This document shows positions 1-9,133 of a stretch of 26,242 bases of DNA, piece after piece (the stretch's first letter is position 1; each line of letters begins with the position of its first letter). The stretch is from a virus. Taxonomy: Duplodnaviria > Caudoviricetes. The stretch covers positions 1-26,242 of the IMG/VR virus record IMGVR_UViG_3300031519_000190; one strand, 5' to 3'. The notes beneath the pieces were generated by a model. It was not told the origin of the DNA and did no database searches. It saw nothing but the letters and a program-made list of their open reading frames with translations. The position numbers were made by a program, and so were the translations under genes.

Positions 1-1
1 A

Positions 2-2314
2 TACAATCAACTTTATAGAATTTCTGAAATCATCAGTAATAACTCTATTAGAGCAATCCCTGTTGATACTATTACCTCTGGTATCAATACCACTGGTATT
101 GGCGCTATTACAACTACAGAGGCATTATTCAGTCTTACAGGTCCAACTCTTGGTATCAGTACATTTGTGTACGATAATGTTAGTGGTCTGGCAACGGTCA
201 CCACAAACCAGGGTCATGGTCTGAGAGTTAATAACACTGTTAGAATTGGTGGAGCTACGACAGACTTCTTTAATAAAGATTTCCTTGTTACTGATAACGT
301 AGGTATCAATACATTTACAATCAATGTTGGTGTCAATACAGTTAATCCAGGAACTGGTGGAACTATTCGTGCATACTATCCTGGTAACACTGCTCAAGGT
401 GGAGCACTTCTATCAGGTTCTGATGAGAATTTTGGTGGAAGAGATATTGTCCCTTATATCGGTATCACTACTGTTATTTCTTCGGCCGTCGCTAATGCAA
501 CAACAGATGAAATCAATATCAGAAATCTTACAGATTTTAATTTTCAGATAGGTGACTACCTGAAGGTTGATGATGAAATTGTAAGAATTAAGACAACTGT
601 AACCTCTAACCCTGTTAAGGTGTTCAGAGGTATGATGGGTACAAGACCCACTAGTCACCTAGATGAGAGTGTAATCAAGAAAGTTTCTGTCTCACCTGTT
701 GAATTTAGAAGAAACTCAATTATCCGTGCTTCTGGTCATACCTTTGAATATCTTGGTTATGGTCCTGGTAACTACTCTACTTCACTACCTGTCAAACAGA
801 AGAAGCAACTTTCTGTTGATGAACAGTTAACTGCACAGGCACAAACTACCTCTGGTGGTGTTGTTGTTTACACCGGTATGAACGATGCTGGTGACTTCTT
901 CATTGGTAACAAGAGAATTTCCTCCAATACTGGTAAAGAAATTGTTTATGATACTCCGATTCAAACCTACACTGGTGAAGACTTTGTTAATGGTGAGAAT
1001 GCATCATTTGGTATTGATGTTCTTGAGACACAAGAGGTCATTGCTTCTAGAGCACTGAGAGTTAATGGTGGGCCTTCAAATAATATTCTTTCAGAATTTG
1101 ATGGTCCAGTTGTATTTAATCATAAACTGACATCCACCTCAGACAAAGGTATTGAAGCCAACTCAATATTCCTTCAAGGTGATGCAGTTGTTTCTAGAAA
1201 CTATACTGTTGGTATTACAATTCCTACCGACGCAGGAAATCCTGGTGATGTAGTCTATAATGCAAACCCAACTAAGGGTGGAACAATTGGTTGGACTTAT
1301 ACTATAGAAAATGGTTGGTATGCCTTCGGTGGTGTTACCTCTGATGGTGGTGAGTTTATCTTTGAAAAAGTTGGTATTGGGACTACAACTGCAGGAGATT
1401 GTACTCTGAAGGTTGGTTCAGGTTCATCAATGTTCTGTGTTGATGAGAACGGTGTTGGTATTGGTACTGTAGCTACCGTAACAGAGAAACTTAAAGTTGA
1501 TGGTGTTGTTGTAGCAACCGCATTTACAGGAGATGGATCTGGGCTTACTAATCTTCAAAATGATAGTCTATTTAAAGGTGTTCAATCTGGGTTAGGAACT
1601 GGCATTCATCCAATTGATAACAAAAATGTTGGTTTTGGTACTACTGCTTTTAATGCTGAATATACAGTTAAAATTGGTTCACCTGGAATTTCAAAAACTG
1701 ACTTATATGTTACTAATCAGTCCAGATTTATTGGAACTGCTGATTTTGGTGACAGTAATGTATCTGGTAAGTTTACCGCACCTAATGTTAATATCCAAGG
1801 TGGAACAATTCAAGTTGGTGTCATTACTGCAACCAGTGAACTGAGAGTTGGTACTAGTAATACTATATTCTCTGCCACCACTACAAAGGGTGTTGGTATT
1901 GGAACTGCATCACCAAGAGAGAACTTGGATGTTGAAGGTAGAGCAAGACTGAAGTCTTACTATGAGATATCTCAACCTGTCATTTCATCATCAAACCGTA
2001 TTGAGATTGATATCGCAAGAGGTAACTCCTTCACACATACAACAACTGAGAGTGTCAATGACTTCAGGGTTATCAATCCTCCACCAGGTGGAACCTTTGC
2101 ATTTACACTGAAGATTGTTCAGGGAACTACACCAAGAGGTGTTGGTATTGATACTTTTGTCAATAGTATTGGTAATGCTATCAATGTCTTCTGGCCTGGT
2201 GGTGTTAGTCCTGTAATCACACCATCTGCCGGAGCCGCTGATATTTACTCCTTTATGAGTTTTGATGGTGGTTCTACACTTTATGGTGGTGTAGTTGGTC
2301 AGAACTTCACCTAA
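2..2314 (+). CDS. Large virion structural / tail fibre protein, 5'-truncated by the window
   Basis: The frame is open from base 2 (YNQLYRISEIISNNS...), so the GTG at 167 is not the start. G/T/V-rich, with repeated VGIGT beta-strand motifs, an RRNSIIRASGHTFEYLGYGPGNYST block typical of cyanomyovirus fibres, and a C-terminal WPGG..P..T....DIYSF.SFDGG..YG.V.GQNF domain. Confidence 0.85.
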   Translation, partial: YNQLYRISEIISNNSIRAIPVDTITSGINTTGIGAITTTEALFSLTGPTLGISTFVYDNVSGLATVTTNQGHGLRVNNTVRIGGATTDFFNKDFLVTDNVGINTFTINVGVNTVNPGTGGTIRAYYPGNTAQGGALLSGSDENFGGRDIVPYIGITTVISSAVANATTDEINIRNLTDFNFQIGDYLKVDDEIVRIKTTVTSNPVKVFRGMMGTRPTSHLDESVIKKVSVSPVEFRRNSIIRASGHTFEYLGYGPGNYSTSLPVKQKKQLSVDEQLTAQAQTTSGGVVVYTGMNDAGDFFIGNKRISSNTGKEIVYDTPIQTYTGEDFVNGENASFGIDVLETQEVIASRALRVNGGPSNNILSEFDGPVVFNHKLTSTSDKGIEANSIFLQGDAVVSRNYTVGITIPTDAGNPGDVVYNANPTKGGTIGWTYTIENGWYAFGGVTSDGGEFIFEKVGIGTTTAGDCTLKVGSGSSMFCVDENGVGIGTVATVTEKLKVDGVVVATAFTGDGSGLTNLQNDSLFKGVQSGLGTGIHPIDNKNVGFGTTAFNAEYTVKIGSPGISKTDLYVTNQSRFIGTADFGDSNVSGKFTAPNVNIQGGTIQVGVITATSELRVGTSNTIFSATTTKGVGIGTASPRENLDVEGRARLKSYYEISQPVISSSNRIEIDIARGNSFTHTTTESVNDFRVINPPPGGTFAFTLKIVQGTTPRGVGIDTFVNSIGNAINVFWPGGVSPVITPSAGAADIYSFMSFDGGSTLYGGVVGQNFT

Positions 2315-2317
2315 ATA
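2311..2317 (+). promoter_or_regulatory. T4-type late promoter variant (CTAAATA)
   Basis: CTAAATA overlaps the upstream stop codon; AAGGAG and ATG 2340 follow. Confidence 0.45.
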
Positions 2318-2339
2318 CCTTGAAGGAGAACTGTGAAAA

Positions 2340-2729
2340 ATGATACCTGTCTCTCTTAGACATTTCAGAACACCCAATACTAATATATACTTGAATGGTC
2401 CACTTTTAAGGATTGTGGACCAACCATCAAGTATAACTACTGGTATTGGCTCAACTGTTGTGATTAGTGGTTTTGCCACAGCAGCATTTGACCAGAATCC
2501 AACTGCAATTCTGGATGGGGAGGTAACATACAGATGGTATGATGTACCGACCAATCTTCCATTAGTAGAAGGAACAAAGTATGTTGGAACTGCAACATCA
2601 CAATTAACTATAAATAACGCACAATCACCACAGGATAACTTAGACAAATTTTATTTTATTGCAGATTATATTCCAAGTGCATCACTTGATGGTTATCTAA
2701 ATGATCCAACTTCAGGGAATGCGATATGA
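2340..2729 (+). CDS. Ig-like domain virion protein, N-terminal part (probably frameshifted from the next ORF)
   Basis: Ig I-set-like pattern (IVDQP, TYRWY, GTATSQLTINN, DKFYFIA) lacking the terminal S...LTV strand, which begins the next ORF. Confidence 0.7.
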   Translation: MIPVSLRHFRTPNTNIYLNGPLLRIVDQPSSITTGIGSTVVISGFATAAFDQNPTAILDGEVTYRWYDVPTNLPLVEGTKYVGTATSQLTINNAQSPQDNLDKFYFIADYIPSASLDGYLNDPTSGNAI

Positions 2730-4312
2730 GTATTAAATCAAATGACTCAATACTTACAGTACTTCCAAGTATTGTAATTACATCACAGCCACAAGATACA
2801 AGAACCGCTGTAAATATTAATGCTGAATTTACTTTAACGGCAACTATTAGTGATAATAGATATCCCATTCAGTACTATTGGATTGTTGATGGTGTAATTC
2901 AACCCAATTCAAATAGTAATGTATTTCTCGTTTCATCTACAGATCAAGGAGAAAAAACTGTTAGAGGATATGCATTTGTTGATATTACATCTAGGAATGA
3001 AGGACAGGACATTACATCTAGAGTAATTCAAACATCTGATACTGCCACCTGGAATATTGGACCACCAAGAAGTATTGTAAGATTTGAAGGATTTACTCCT
3101 ACTGGTGGATATAAATCGATTGATGCAAATCTTGATGATGGTGACTTCACACTTGATGATACAATGTTTGATAGTACATACAATATTGTCACTTATTATG
3201 CAAGAGAGAAGAATCTTGACCTTACTCTTTATATGGATGGGGCTCCTGGTTTAACTAGTTCTTCTAATCAACAGGGTGGAGAAGGCGGAAGATCCGCAGT
3301 CACACTTACACATACACAAAACATAGAACATGTCGTTCTAGGTACCACAAATAACTCTGGTGTTTTTCTTTATAGAGGAGCCAACTTACTTCTAGTAGCT
3401 GGACAAGGTGGTCAGGGAGGAAGTAATAGTGCTGGTGCAGATGGTGGTGGTGTTAATGTTGCTGGTGCCAATGGATCCAACTCAAGTGGTGGGACATTGG
3501 TTAGTAGTGGTCAATTGACATTAAATGGTTCTTTTGGTTCTCTTGTGAGTACTGTAAGTCTTCAACCAAATGATACATTAGAGACTGCTCCTAATGGCGG
3601 TAGAACTATTTCTTGTACTAAAGGTAACTATTGGACTAGTTTAGGTATATCACCATGTTCAGATAACTCCGTAAATAAGATTAAATTTAGAATAAATGAT
3701 GGAACAGAAGTTTCACTAAGTGATGATATTATAAGAGGATTTAAACCAGGATACACTATCACTACTACAGAAGGTAGAGCTTCTGGTTCTACTGAAGGAA
3801 AGGGTGGTAGAGGAGCCACTGGTGGTGCTGGGGGTACTTCAGGTCATGGTGGTGCTGGTGGTTCAGGTTATACTGATGGAACTGCGACAGTAGTAACAAC
3901 ACAACTTGGTGGTAATACTGGTAAAGCAAAAATTAAGTTTAGTCTTGTTCCTCCTCCACCACCAGTAATATCGGGTGAAGTTACTCATACATTCAATAAT
4001 TCAACTAATACTACTACTTACCTCAACTTTACTGGTGCAATTATAAATGTTCAGGTAATGAATCCTACTTCACCAGATGCTCAGACTGGTCAAGGTACAA
4101 ATGTTAAATATTATATTGTTACTATGAATAATGATTATACCAGTCTTAGTGTAGTTGTCCTTCAGGATGTTACTGCTGGTGGTGGTCCTGGTCGAGGACT
4201 ACAACCAACAAAAATTCAAAATCTTGGTAATAGAAAATGGGGAGTTTGGTTCAATAAGTCAAATGGATTTAATACTTATGCAAGGAACTGGTCAGTGACT
4301 GGTAATGTATAA
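2726..4312 (+). CDS. Ig-like / glycine-rich virion (tail) protein, C-terminal part
   Basis: KSNDSILTVLP.ITSQPQD...QYYW Ig motifs, Gly-rich GGEGG/AGQGGQGG/GGAGGSGY blocks, a PPPPP linker and a separate C-terminal module. Confidence 0.8.
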   Translation: MSIKSNDSILTVLPSIVITSQPQDTRTAVNINAEFTLTATISDNRYPIQYYWIVDGVIQPNSNSNVFLVSSTDQGEKTVRGYAFVDITSRNEGQDITSRVIQTSDTATWNIGPPRSIVRFEGFTPTGGYKSIDANLDDGDFTLDDTMFDSTYNIVTYYAREKNLDLTLYMDGAPGLTSSSNQQGGEGGRSAVTLTHTQNIEHVVLGTTNNSGVFLYRGANLLLVAGQGGQGGSNSAGADGGGVNVAGANGSNSSGGTLVSSGQLTLNGSFGSLVSTVSLQPNDTLETAPNGGRTISCTKGNYWTSLGISPCSDNSVNKIKFRINDGTEVSLSDDIIRGFKPGYTITTTEGRASGSTEGKGGRGATGGAGGTSGHGGAGGSGYTDGTATVVTTQLGGNTGKAKIKFSLVPPPPPVISGEVTHTFNNSTNTTTYLNFTGAIINVQVMNPTSPDAQTGQGTNVKYYIVTMNNDYTSLSVVVLQDVTAGGGPGRGLQPTKIQNLGNRKWGVWFNKSNGFNTYARNWSVTGNV

Positions 4313-4315
4313 ATA
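4308..4315 (+). promoter_or_regulatory. T4 late promoter TATAAATA
   Basis: Exact consensus, followed by two more TAAATA copies (4317, 4321), upstream of the tail fibre gene. Confidence 0.75.
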
Positions 4316-4357
4316 ATAAATAAATAAGAGGTGGATAGTGAAACCTCTGAGGTATCA

Positions 4358-6247
4358 ATGGCCGTTAACAAAAACTTTGTAGTAAAGAATGGCGTAGAGG
4401 TTTCAACAAACCTTATCTACGCCGAAGGTAGTATTGATAAAGTTGGTATTGGCACTACTACACCTAGTGCTAAACTTGATGTTATTGGAGATATTGTTGG
4501 TGTAGGGTTGACCTTATCAGGTGCAACTACTGGAACCAACGCAAATTATTCAGGGATTGTTACAGCAAGTAGTGGTCTGGAAGTTGGTGCAGGTGGAACT
4601 TCTATTACTGTTGATGTAACCAACAACAGTACAGGTTTTAACTCTACAACACCTGACACCAGATACGTTTTAGATGTTCGACCAGGTGCTGGTCAATCAG
4701 CAGCTACCTTTGGTGCCGGTATTGATATTGGTGGGCCAACTTATATTGATGGTAACTTAGATGTAAATGGAGGAATTACTGGTAGTTTTACCGTAAGTTT
4801 AGATGACCCAATTATTACTGGTGTTGTCACTGCAAACAATGCAGAAATCTTCACACAGTTTGATATTATCAATAATAGTAATGTTGCATATCAATATCAA
4901 TCAACTGGAATTGGTTTCACACAAAATACAGACAATCCAGTACTTGTTATTAATAGAGGTCAAAAATATCATTTTAATTTGAATGCTTCTGGACATCCAT
5001 TTTACATTAAAACTGACAATACTACAGGAACAGGAGATCAATACACGGCGGGTGTTACAAATAACGGTGCTCAGGTAGGTGTTGTCACCTTCTATGTTCC
5101 ATATAACGCTCCTAAAGAACTTTATTACCAATGTGGTGCTCACTCTGGAATGGGCAACACCATGTACGTGTTGAAAGATCCACCAGTTGGTCTGACCACC
5201 ACCACTCCACTTGCTATTGCCGATCTGTATGTCACGGGTATTTCTACGATTATCGGTAATGCAGAATTTCAATCAAATATCACTCTTGGTGATAATGATG
5301 AAATTATCTTGGGTGATGGTAGTGACTTAAAGATTTATCATAATGGATCTCATAGTTATGTTGAAGATACTGGAACTGGTAACTTATACGCCAGGACTAA
5401 TGGTGCTGGTTTTGTTGTTGATAACGACTCTGGTGCTACAATGGCGAGATTTCTTAATGGAAATACCGTTGATCTTTATTATAATGGAAGCAAAAAGTTT
5501 GAAACCACTAACACTGGAGCATCAGTTACAGGAACATTAGTTGCAACAACATTTAGTGGTTCTGGTGCATCACTGACTAGTATTCCTAATGGAGCACTAG
5601 ATAACTCCACTATCTCTGGTATTTCTCTTGGTTCTAACCTAGCAACACTGACTAGAGGAACTTATCTAACTGGTTCTGACTATAATGGTTCTACTGCTCA
5701 GACCTGGGCAGTTGATGCAACATCAGCAAACACTGTATCCAAAGTTGTTGTTCGTGATGGTAGTGGTAACTTCTCTGCAGGAACCATTACAGCAACACTA
5801 AATGGTAGTGCCACAAACATCACTCTTGCCGATAATAGTTCAGACACAACTTGTTTTCCAGTCTTTGCACTTGATGCAACAGGAAACCAAGCACCAAAGA
5901 CCGATGCAAGTGCATTAACTTACAATGCATCTGATGGAACATTATCTGCGACCAATGTAAATTCAACTTCTGATATTAACTTAAAGAAAGATATTGAAGT
6001 TATTACTGATGCCACTGATTTAATTAAACAACTGAATGGTGTTAGATTTACCTGGAAAGCAAATGATAGAAAGTCTCTTGGTGTCATTGCACAAGAAGTA
6101 GAAGAGTTATTTCCTGAACTTATTTCTGAAAGAACAGACACAGGAACTAAATCTGTTAATTATAATGGTTTAGTTGGTGTTCTGATTGAAGCAGTCAAAG
6201 AACTGTCAGCAAGAGTAGAGGAACTTGAAGATAGACTTGAAAGTTAG
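4358..6247 (+). CDS. Tail fibre protein with cupredoxin-like domain and C-terminal peptidase S74 intramolecular chaperone
   Basis: Start moved to ATG 4358 (GAGGT SD at 4349; MAVNKNFVVKNG). GHPF...YYQCGAHSGMG motif. C-terminal TSDINLKKDI...LNGVRFTWK...GVIAQEVE...SVNYNGLVGVLIEAVKEL plus coiled coil. Confidence 0.9.
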   Translation: MAVNKNFVVKNGVEVSTNLIYAEGSIDKVGIGTTTPSAKLDVIGDIVGVGLTLSGATTGTNANYSGIVTASSGLEVGAGGTSITVDVTNNSTGFNSTTPDTRYVLDVRPGAGQSAATFGAGIDIGGPTYIDGNLDVNGGITGSFTVSLDDPIITGVVTANNAEIFTQFDIINNSNVAYQYQSTGIGFTQNTDNPVLVINRGQKYHFNLNASGHPFYIKTDNTTGTGDQYTAGVTNNGAQVGVVTFYVPYNAPKELYYQCGAHSGMGNTMYVLKDPPVGLTTTTPLAIADLYVTGISTIIGNAEFQSNITLGDNDEIILGDGSDLKIYHNGSHSYVEDTGTGNLYARTNGAGFVVDNDSGATMARFLNGNTVDLYYNGSKKFETTNTGASVTGTLVATTFSGSGASLTSIPNGALDNSTISGISLGSNLATLTRGTYLTGSDYNGSTAQTWAVDATSANTVSKVVVRDGSGNFSAGTITATLNGSATNITLADNSSDTTCFPVFALDATGNQAPKTDASALTYNASDGTLSATNVNSTSDINLKKDIEVITDATDLIKQLNGVRFTWKANDRKSLGVIAQEVEELFPELISERTDTGTKSVNYNGLVGVLIEAVKELSARVEELEDRLES

Positions 6248-6249
6248 AA

Positions 6250-6256
6250 CTAAATA
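6250..6256 (+). promoter_or_regulatory. T4-type late promoter variant (CTAAATA)
   Basis: CTAAATA just after the fibre stop codon, about 30 nt before ATG 6287. Confidence 0.4.
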
Positions 6257-6286
6257 ATTCAAACATGTATTATATGTCATTGAACC

Positions 6287-6952
6287 ATGAGACAAGTATT
6301 TAATGATCTTCCTGTTTTTGTGATTCCTAATTTTTACAAAAAAGAAACTGATAAATGTCATAAAGAAGTTTATGACGAAATTGTCAGACAATATGAGGAA
6401 TATAAAAACAGTGAAGATTTCAAAGGTTTTGTAGAACACTTAGGACAGGATGGTGCCGTAGAAAAAGAAGAAAATGAAGTTGGTAGTTTTGTCTTAGAAG
6501 AATCGGAATATGCAAAGAAACTGTATAGAAAGACATTTAGAACTCTGAGTAAAAGGTTAGGATTTAGAGCAGGTCCTAATAATAACGATGAAGTAAGGGC
6601 ATATGTCTCAAATAAAGATGAAAGTAAGAACCCTCTTCACCATCATCCTGGAAGTATTAGTATGATCTATTATTTCAATAGACCTGGAAAGGATATTGGA
6701 GGGTGTCTACAGTTTGCTACATATGGTGAGAATAGACAACAAATTTATACACCAAAACAATACGATCTGGTATTCTTTCCATCATCATGTAGACATAGAG
6801 CTCTTACGGTTCATCATTCATGTGATGAAACAAGAATTTCTTTAAATATGGAATTTACAACCCTTGAACTTCCTATCAATATCTTTACCAAAATTGATAA
6901 GAATATTACGGTTACAAATCCCAAGAAGTGGTGGCAATTTTGGAAAAAATAA
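6287..6952 (+). CDS. 2OG-Fe(II) oxygenase (HxH type, TIGR02466-like)
   Basis: LHHHPGSISMIYY...GGCLQF...LVFFPSSCRH...ETRISLNM gives HxH...H metal ligands and an RxS 2OG-binding motif. Confidence 0.8.
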   Translation: MRQVFNDLPVFVIPNFYKKETDKCHKEVYDEIVRQYEEYKNSEDFKGFVEHLGQDGAVEKEENEVGSFVLEESEYAKKLYRKTFRTLSKRLGFRAGPNNNDEVRAYVSNKDESKNPLHHHPGSISMIYYFNRPGKDIGGCLQFATYGENRQQIYTPKQYDLVFFPSSCRHRALTVHHSCDETRISLNMEFTTLELPINIFTKIDKNITVTNPKKWWQFWKK

Positions 6953-6958
6953 AAAAAT

Positions 6959-6966
6959 AATAAATA
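6959..6966 (+). promoter_or_regulatory. T4-type late promoter variant (AATAAATA)
   Basis: One mismatch to TATAAATA; intergenic, upstream of the adhesin operon. Confidence 0.5.
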
Positions 6967-7000
6967 GTAACAGTATAAAATACCGAGTGGAGACACGAAG

Positions 7001-7039
7001 ATGGTAGAGCAAGGTTACTTATCATGGGAGGATGATTGA
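7001..7039 (+). CDS. Putative 12-aa leader/mini-ORF MVEQGYLSWEDD
   Basis: GGAGA 7 nt before ATG 7001; its TGA overlaps the next ATG (TGATG). Confidence 0.3.
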   Translation: MVEQGYLSWEDD

Positions 7040-7383
7040 TGGCTATTCAAATATCAGGAACAAGTGTAATTAATAATGATAAACAACTTGCTACTGGATT
7101 AGAATCTGCGTACGATGCAGTTACTGCTTCTGTTAGTGGTGCAACTGTTACCAATAGAACAGTATATGTTGTTGAAGCAGATAGTCAGACAGTAACTTTA
7201 CCGTCTTCACCTACCGCAGGTAATGAAGTTGTTATCATCAATGGTGGTGCATTCACTGGAACTGTTGTTGGTAGAAATGGTTCAAATATTATGGGTCTTG
7301 CTGAAAATATGACACTAGATAAAGAATATGCGGCAATGACATTTCTATACATAAACGCATCAAACGGTTGGAGGGTTTGTTAA
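7039..7383 (+). CDS. Small tail-fibre-associated structural protein
   Basis: GGAGG at 7027 supports ATG 7039. TVTLPSSPTAGNEVVI...VGRNGSNIMGLAENMTLD...GWR resembles a recurrent T4-like tail fibre module. Confidence 0.7.
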   Translation: MAIQISGTSVINNDKQLATGLESAYDAVTASVSGATVTNRTVYVVEADSQTVTLPSSPTAGNEVVIINGGAFTGTVVGRNGSNIMGLAENMTLDKEYAAMTFLYINASNGWRVC

Positions 7384-7384
7384 G

Positions 7385-9118
7385 ATGAGTTTACTTAGTC
7401 AGTTTTTTCCGTCAGGTAGAATTAGTGCGGCACAAAAAATTGAAGTCCTTCTGGTTGGAGGCGGTGGAGGCGGTGGCGCCAGTGGTGGCACATGTATAAA
7501 CACACCCTGTTGTTGCACCATCACCGGAGGGATTGTTGGTGGTGGTGGTGGTGGAGGACAGGTAGTGTTCTCCGATGGATATGAAGTTATCCAAGATGTT
7601 TTATACCCCATTACAGTTGGTGCTGGTGGCGCTGGTGGTGGTTTTTACTACGATACCACTAATGTTTATTACCCAAGACAATCCATTACACCGACATGTC
7701 CTATAGGTTGTTATTGTCCACAAATTCACGACAGAAATGCTGGAACCCTCCGTGGTGCAAATGGTGGTAATACAATCTTTGGTTCAGTCGTATCTTATGG
7801 TGGTGGCGGCGGCGGTGGAGGAATGTCCAACGTAGTGAATTATCTTCCTGAAATATGTAATGGTGCTGCCATTGCTGCTTGTAGTCAGTGGACTGCAAAA
7901 GGTGCTGATGGTGGAACTGGTGGTGGATCTGGTAGTGGATATTGTGGTACTGGATGTCTTGTTATAGAAACCGTATCACCATCACCTGATGTCAGACCTG
8001 GAAGGGCTATTTACAATAGTTCAATAAGTTTTCTAAAATTTGGTGCAGATGGTACAAAATTTAAAGTACCATCATGTTTCCCCAATATTAATCCCGTCCA
8101 GCCTGAGGCCTGTGCTTTTTCAGTATTAACATATGCCACTGGTGGTGGCGGAAATAGTAATATTGCTGGACCTGCTGCTGGTTCACCCATTTGTTTGGTA
8201 ACTCCAGCTGGATCATTGACTTGTATGACCTCAGGTCCAGGACTGCCAGCCACGAGTGCACTTGCTTGTTTCAGTGATGACGCAACAAGTACTTGTCCAG
8301 GAGGTCAAGGTTTCTACAGCTTTTGCGTTGGGCCCAACTGTTCGCGAGCAACGGCTACAGTAAATGCATTTATGGAAGGTACTATTGGTGATAGATCCAA
8401 TAATAATCAATATAATAGTTGCAATGATTTCTTAGGTAGCCTTAGAGGTGGTGATGGTTATGAAACTACCGTGACACCATCACCAGAATATTATGGTGGT
8501 GGCGGTGGTGTCGTTTATGCCATGACATGCAATCCATCGTGCACCGTCTTGGCGGGAGCAGTAATTTCACCAGGTAGTCCATGTTACCCAAGTCCTAGTT
8601 GGGTTAATTCATTAACGCGAGCGTGGATGACCTGTCCTTATGGTGGTAAAGGTGGTGGTGGATCTGTTTGTACACCTCTTGTTACTTGTATATCACCAAC
8701 GCGAAATTTCTGTCAAATCTTGACTTGTAGTGCAGGAGGTCCTTCTGCCCTCTTCCCTGGTGTTATTGGTGTGGGAGTTTGTGTGACTCTTTGTGCAGCT
8801 GGAACTCCACTTCCAATTCCAGGAACAATTTGTCCTGGTGCAGGCCAAGCTAATTGTGGAGGTGGTGGTTCATCCTTTCATGGTGGTTGTGCGTTCACCT
8901 CTACAGGAGATGTGTTCCCGAACCCCACTTCAGACCCAGGTGGTGCTGACACTTGTGCATTCTGTGGTTTTGCTGGTGGATCTGGTACTGTTATTATTAG
9001 ATATCCAACGGCATTCTGTGCAGCAACTGTTACTGGTAACACACCTATTGCACCACAATCTGGGTATAATGTTTATAAGTGGACTTCACCAGGATCAATC
9101 ACATTCCCAAGTTCATAA
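7385..9118 (+). CDS. Glycine-rich, Cys/Pro-rich adhesin-like (receptor-binding) protein
   Basis: EVLLVGGGGGGG, YPITVGAGGAGG, NGGNTIFG, YYGGGGG and GGSGTVIIRYP polyglycine scaffold with long inserted loops; about 36 Cys and 46 Pro by hand count. Confidence 0.75.
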   Translation: MSLLSQFFPSGRISAAQKIEVLLVGGGGGGGASGGTCINTPCCCTITGGIVGGGGGGGQVVFSDGYEVIQDVLYPITVGAGGAGGGFYYDTTNVYYPRQSITPTCPIGCYCPQIHDRNAGTLRGANGGNTIFGSVVSYGGGGGGGGMSNVVNYLPEICNGAAIAACSQWTAKGADGGTGGGSGSGYCGTGCLVIETVSPSPDVRPGRAIYNSSISFLKFGADGTKFKVPSCFPNINPVQPEACAFSVLTYATGGGGNSNIAGPAAGSPICLVTPAGSLTCMTSGPGLPATSALACFSDDATSTCPGGQGFYSFCVGPNCSRATATVNAFMEGTIGDRSNNNQYNSCNDFLGSLRGGDGYETTVTPSPEYYGGGGGVVYAMTCNPSCTVLAGAVISPGSPCYPSPSWVNSLTRAWMTCPYGGKGGGGSVCTPLVTCISPTRNFCQILTCSAGGPSALFPGVIGVGVCVTLCAAGTPLPIPGTICPGAGQANCGGGGSSFHGGCAFTSTGDVFPNPTSDPGGADTCAFCGFAGGSGTVIIRYPTAFCAATVTGNTPIAPQSGYNVYKWTSPGSITFPSS

Positions 9119-9133
9119 TAGGAGGATAATTCA

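Noticed and set aside
167-169. GTG 167 as start of the first gene (similarly track starts 4331, 9696, 17184, 22176, 24707)
   Set aside because: The first frame is open from the window edge; for the others, SD or promoter positions favour 4358, 9705, 17214, 22197 and 24743.
1991-2647. 218-aa minus-strand ORF and the other short antisense or alternate-frame ORFs in the track
   Set aside because: They overlap well-supported plus-strand genes and show no recognisable motifs; only the GIY-YIG gene is supported on the minus strand.
7455-7820. GGT/GGC trinucleotide runs as microsatellites or contingency loci
   Set aside because: They encode the polyglycine motifs with mixed codons and stay in frame.
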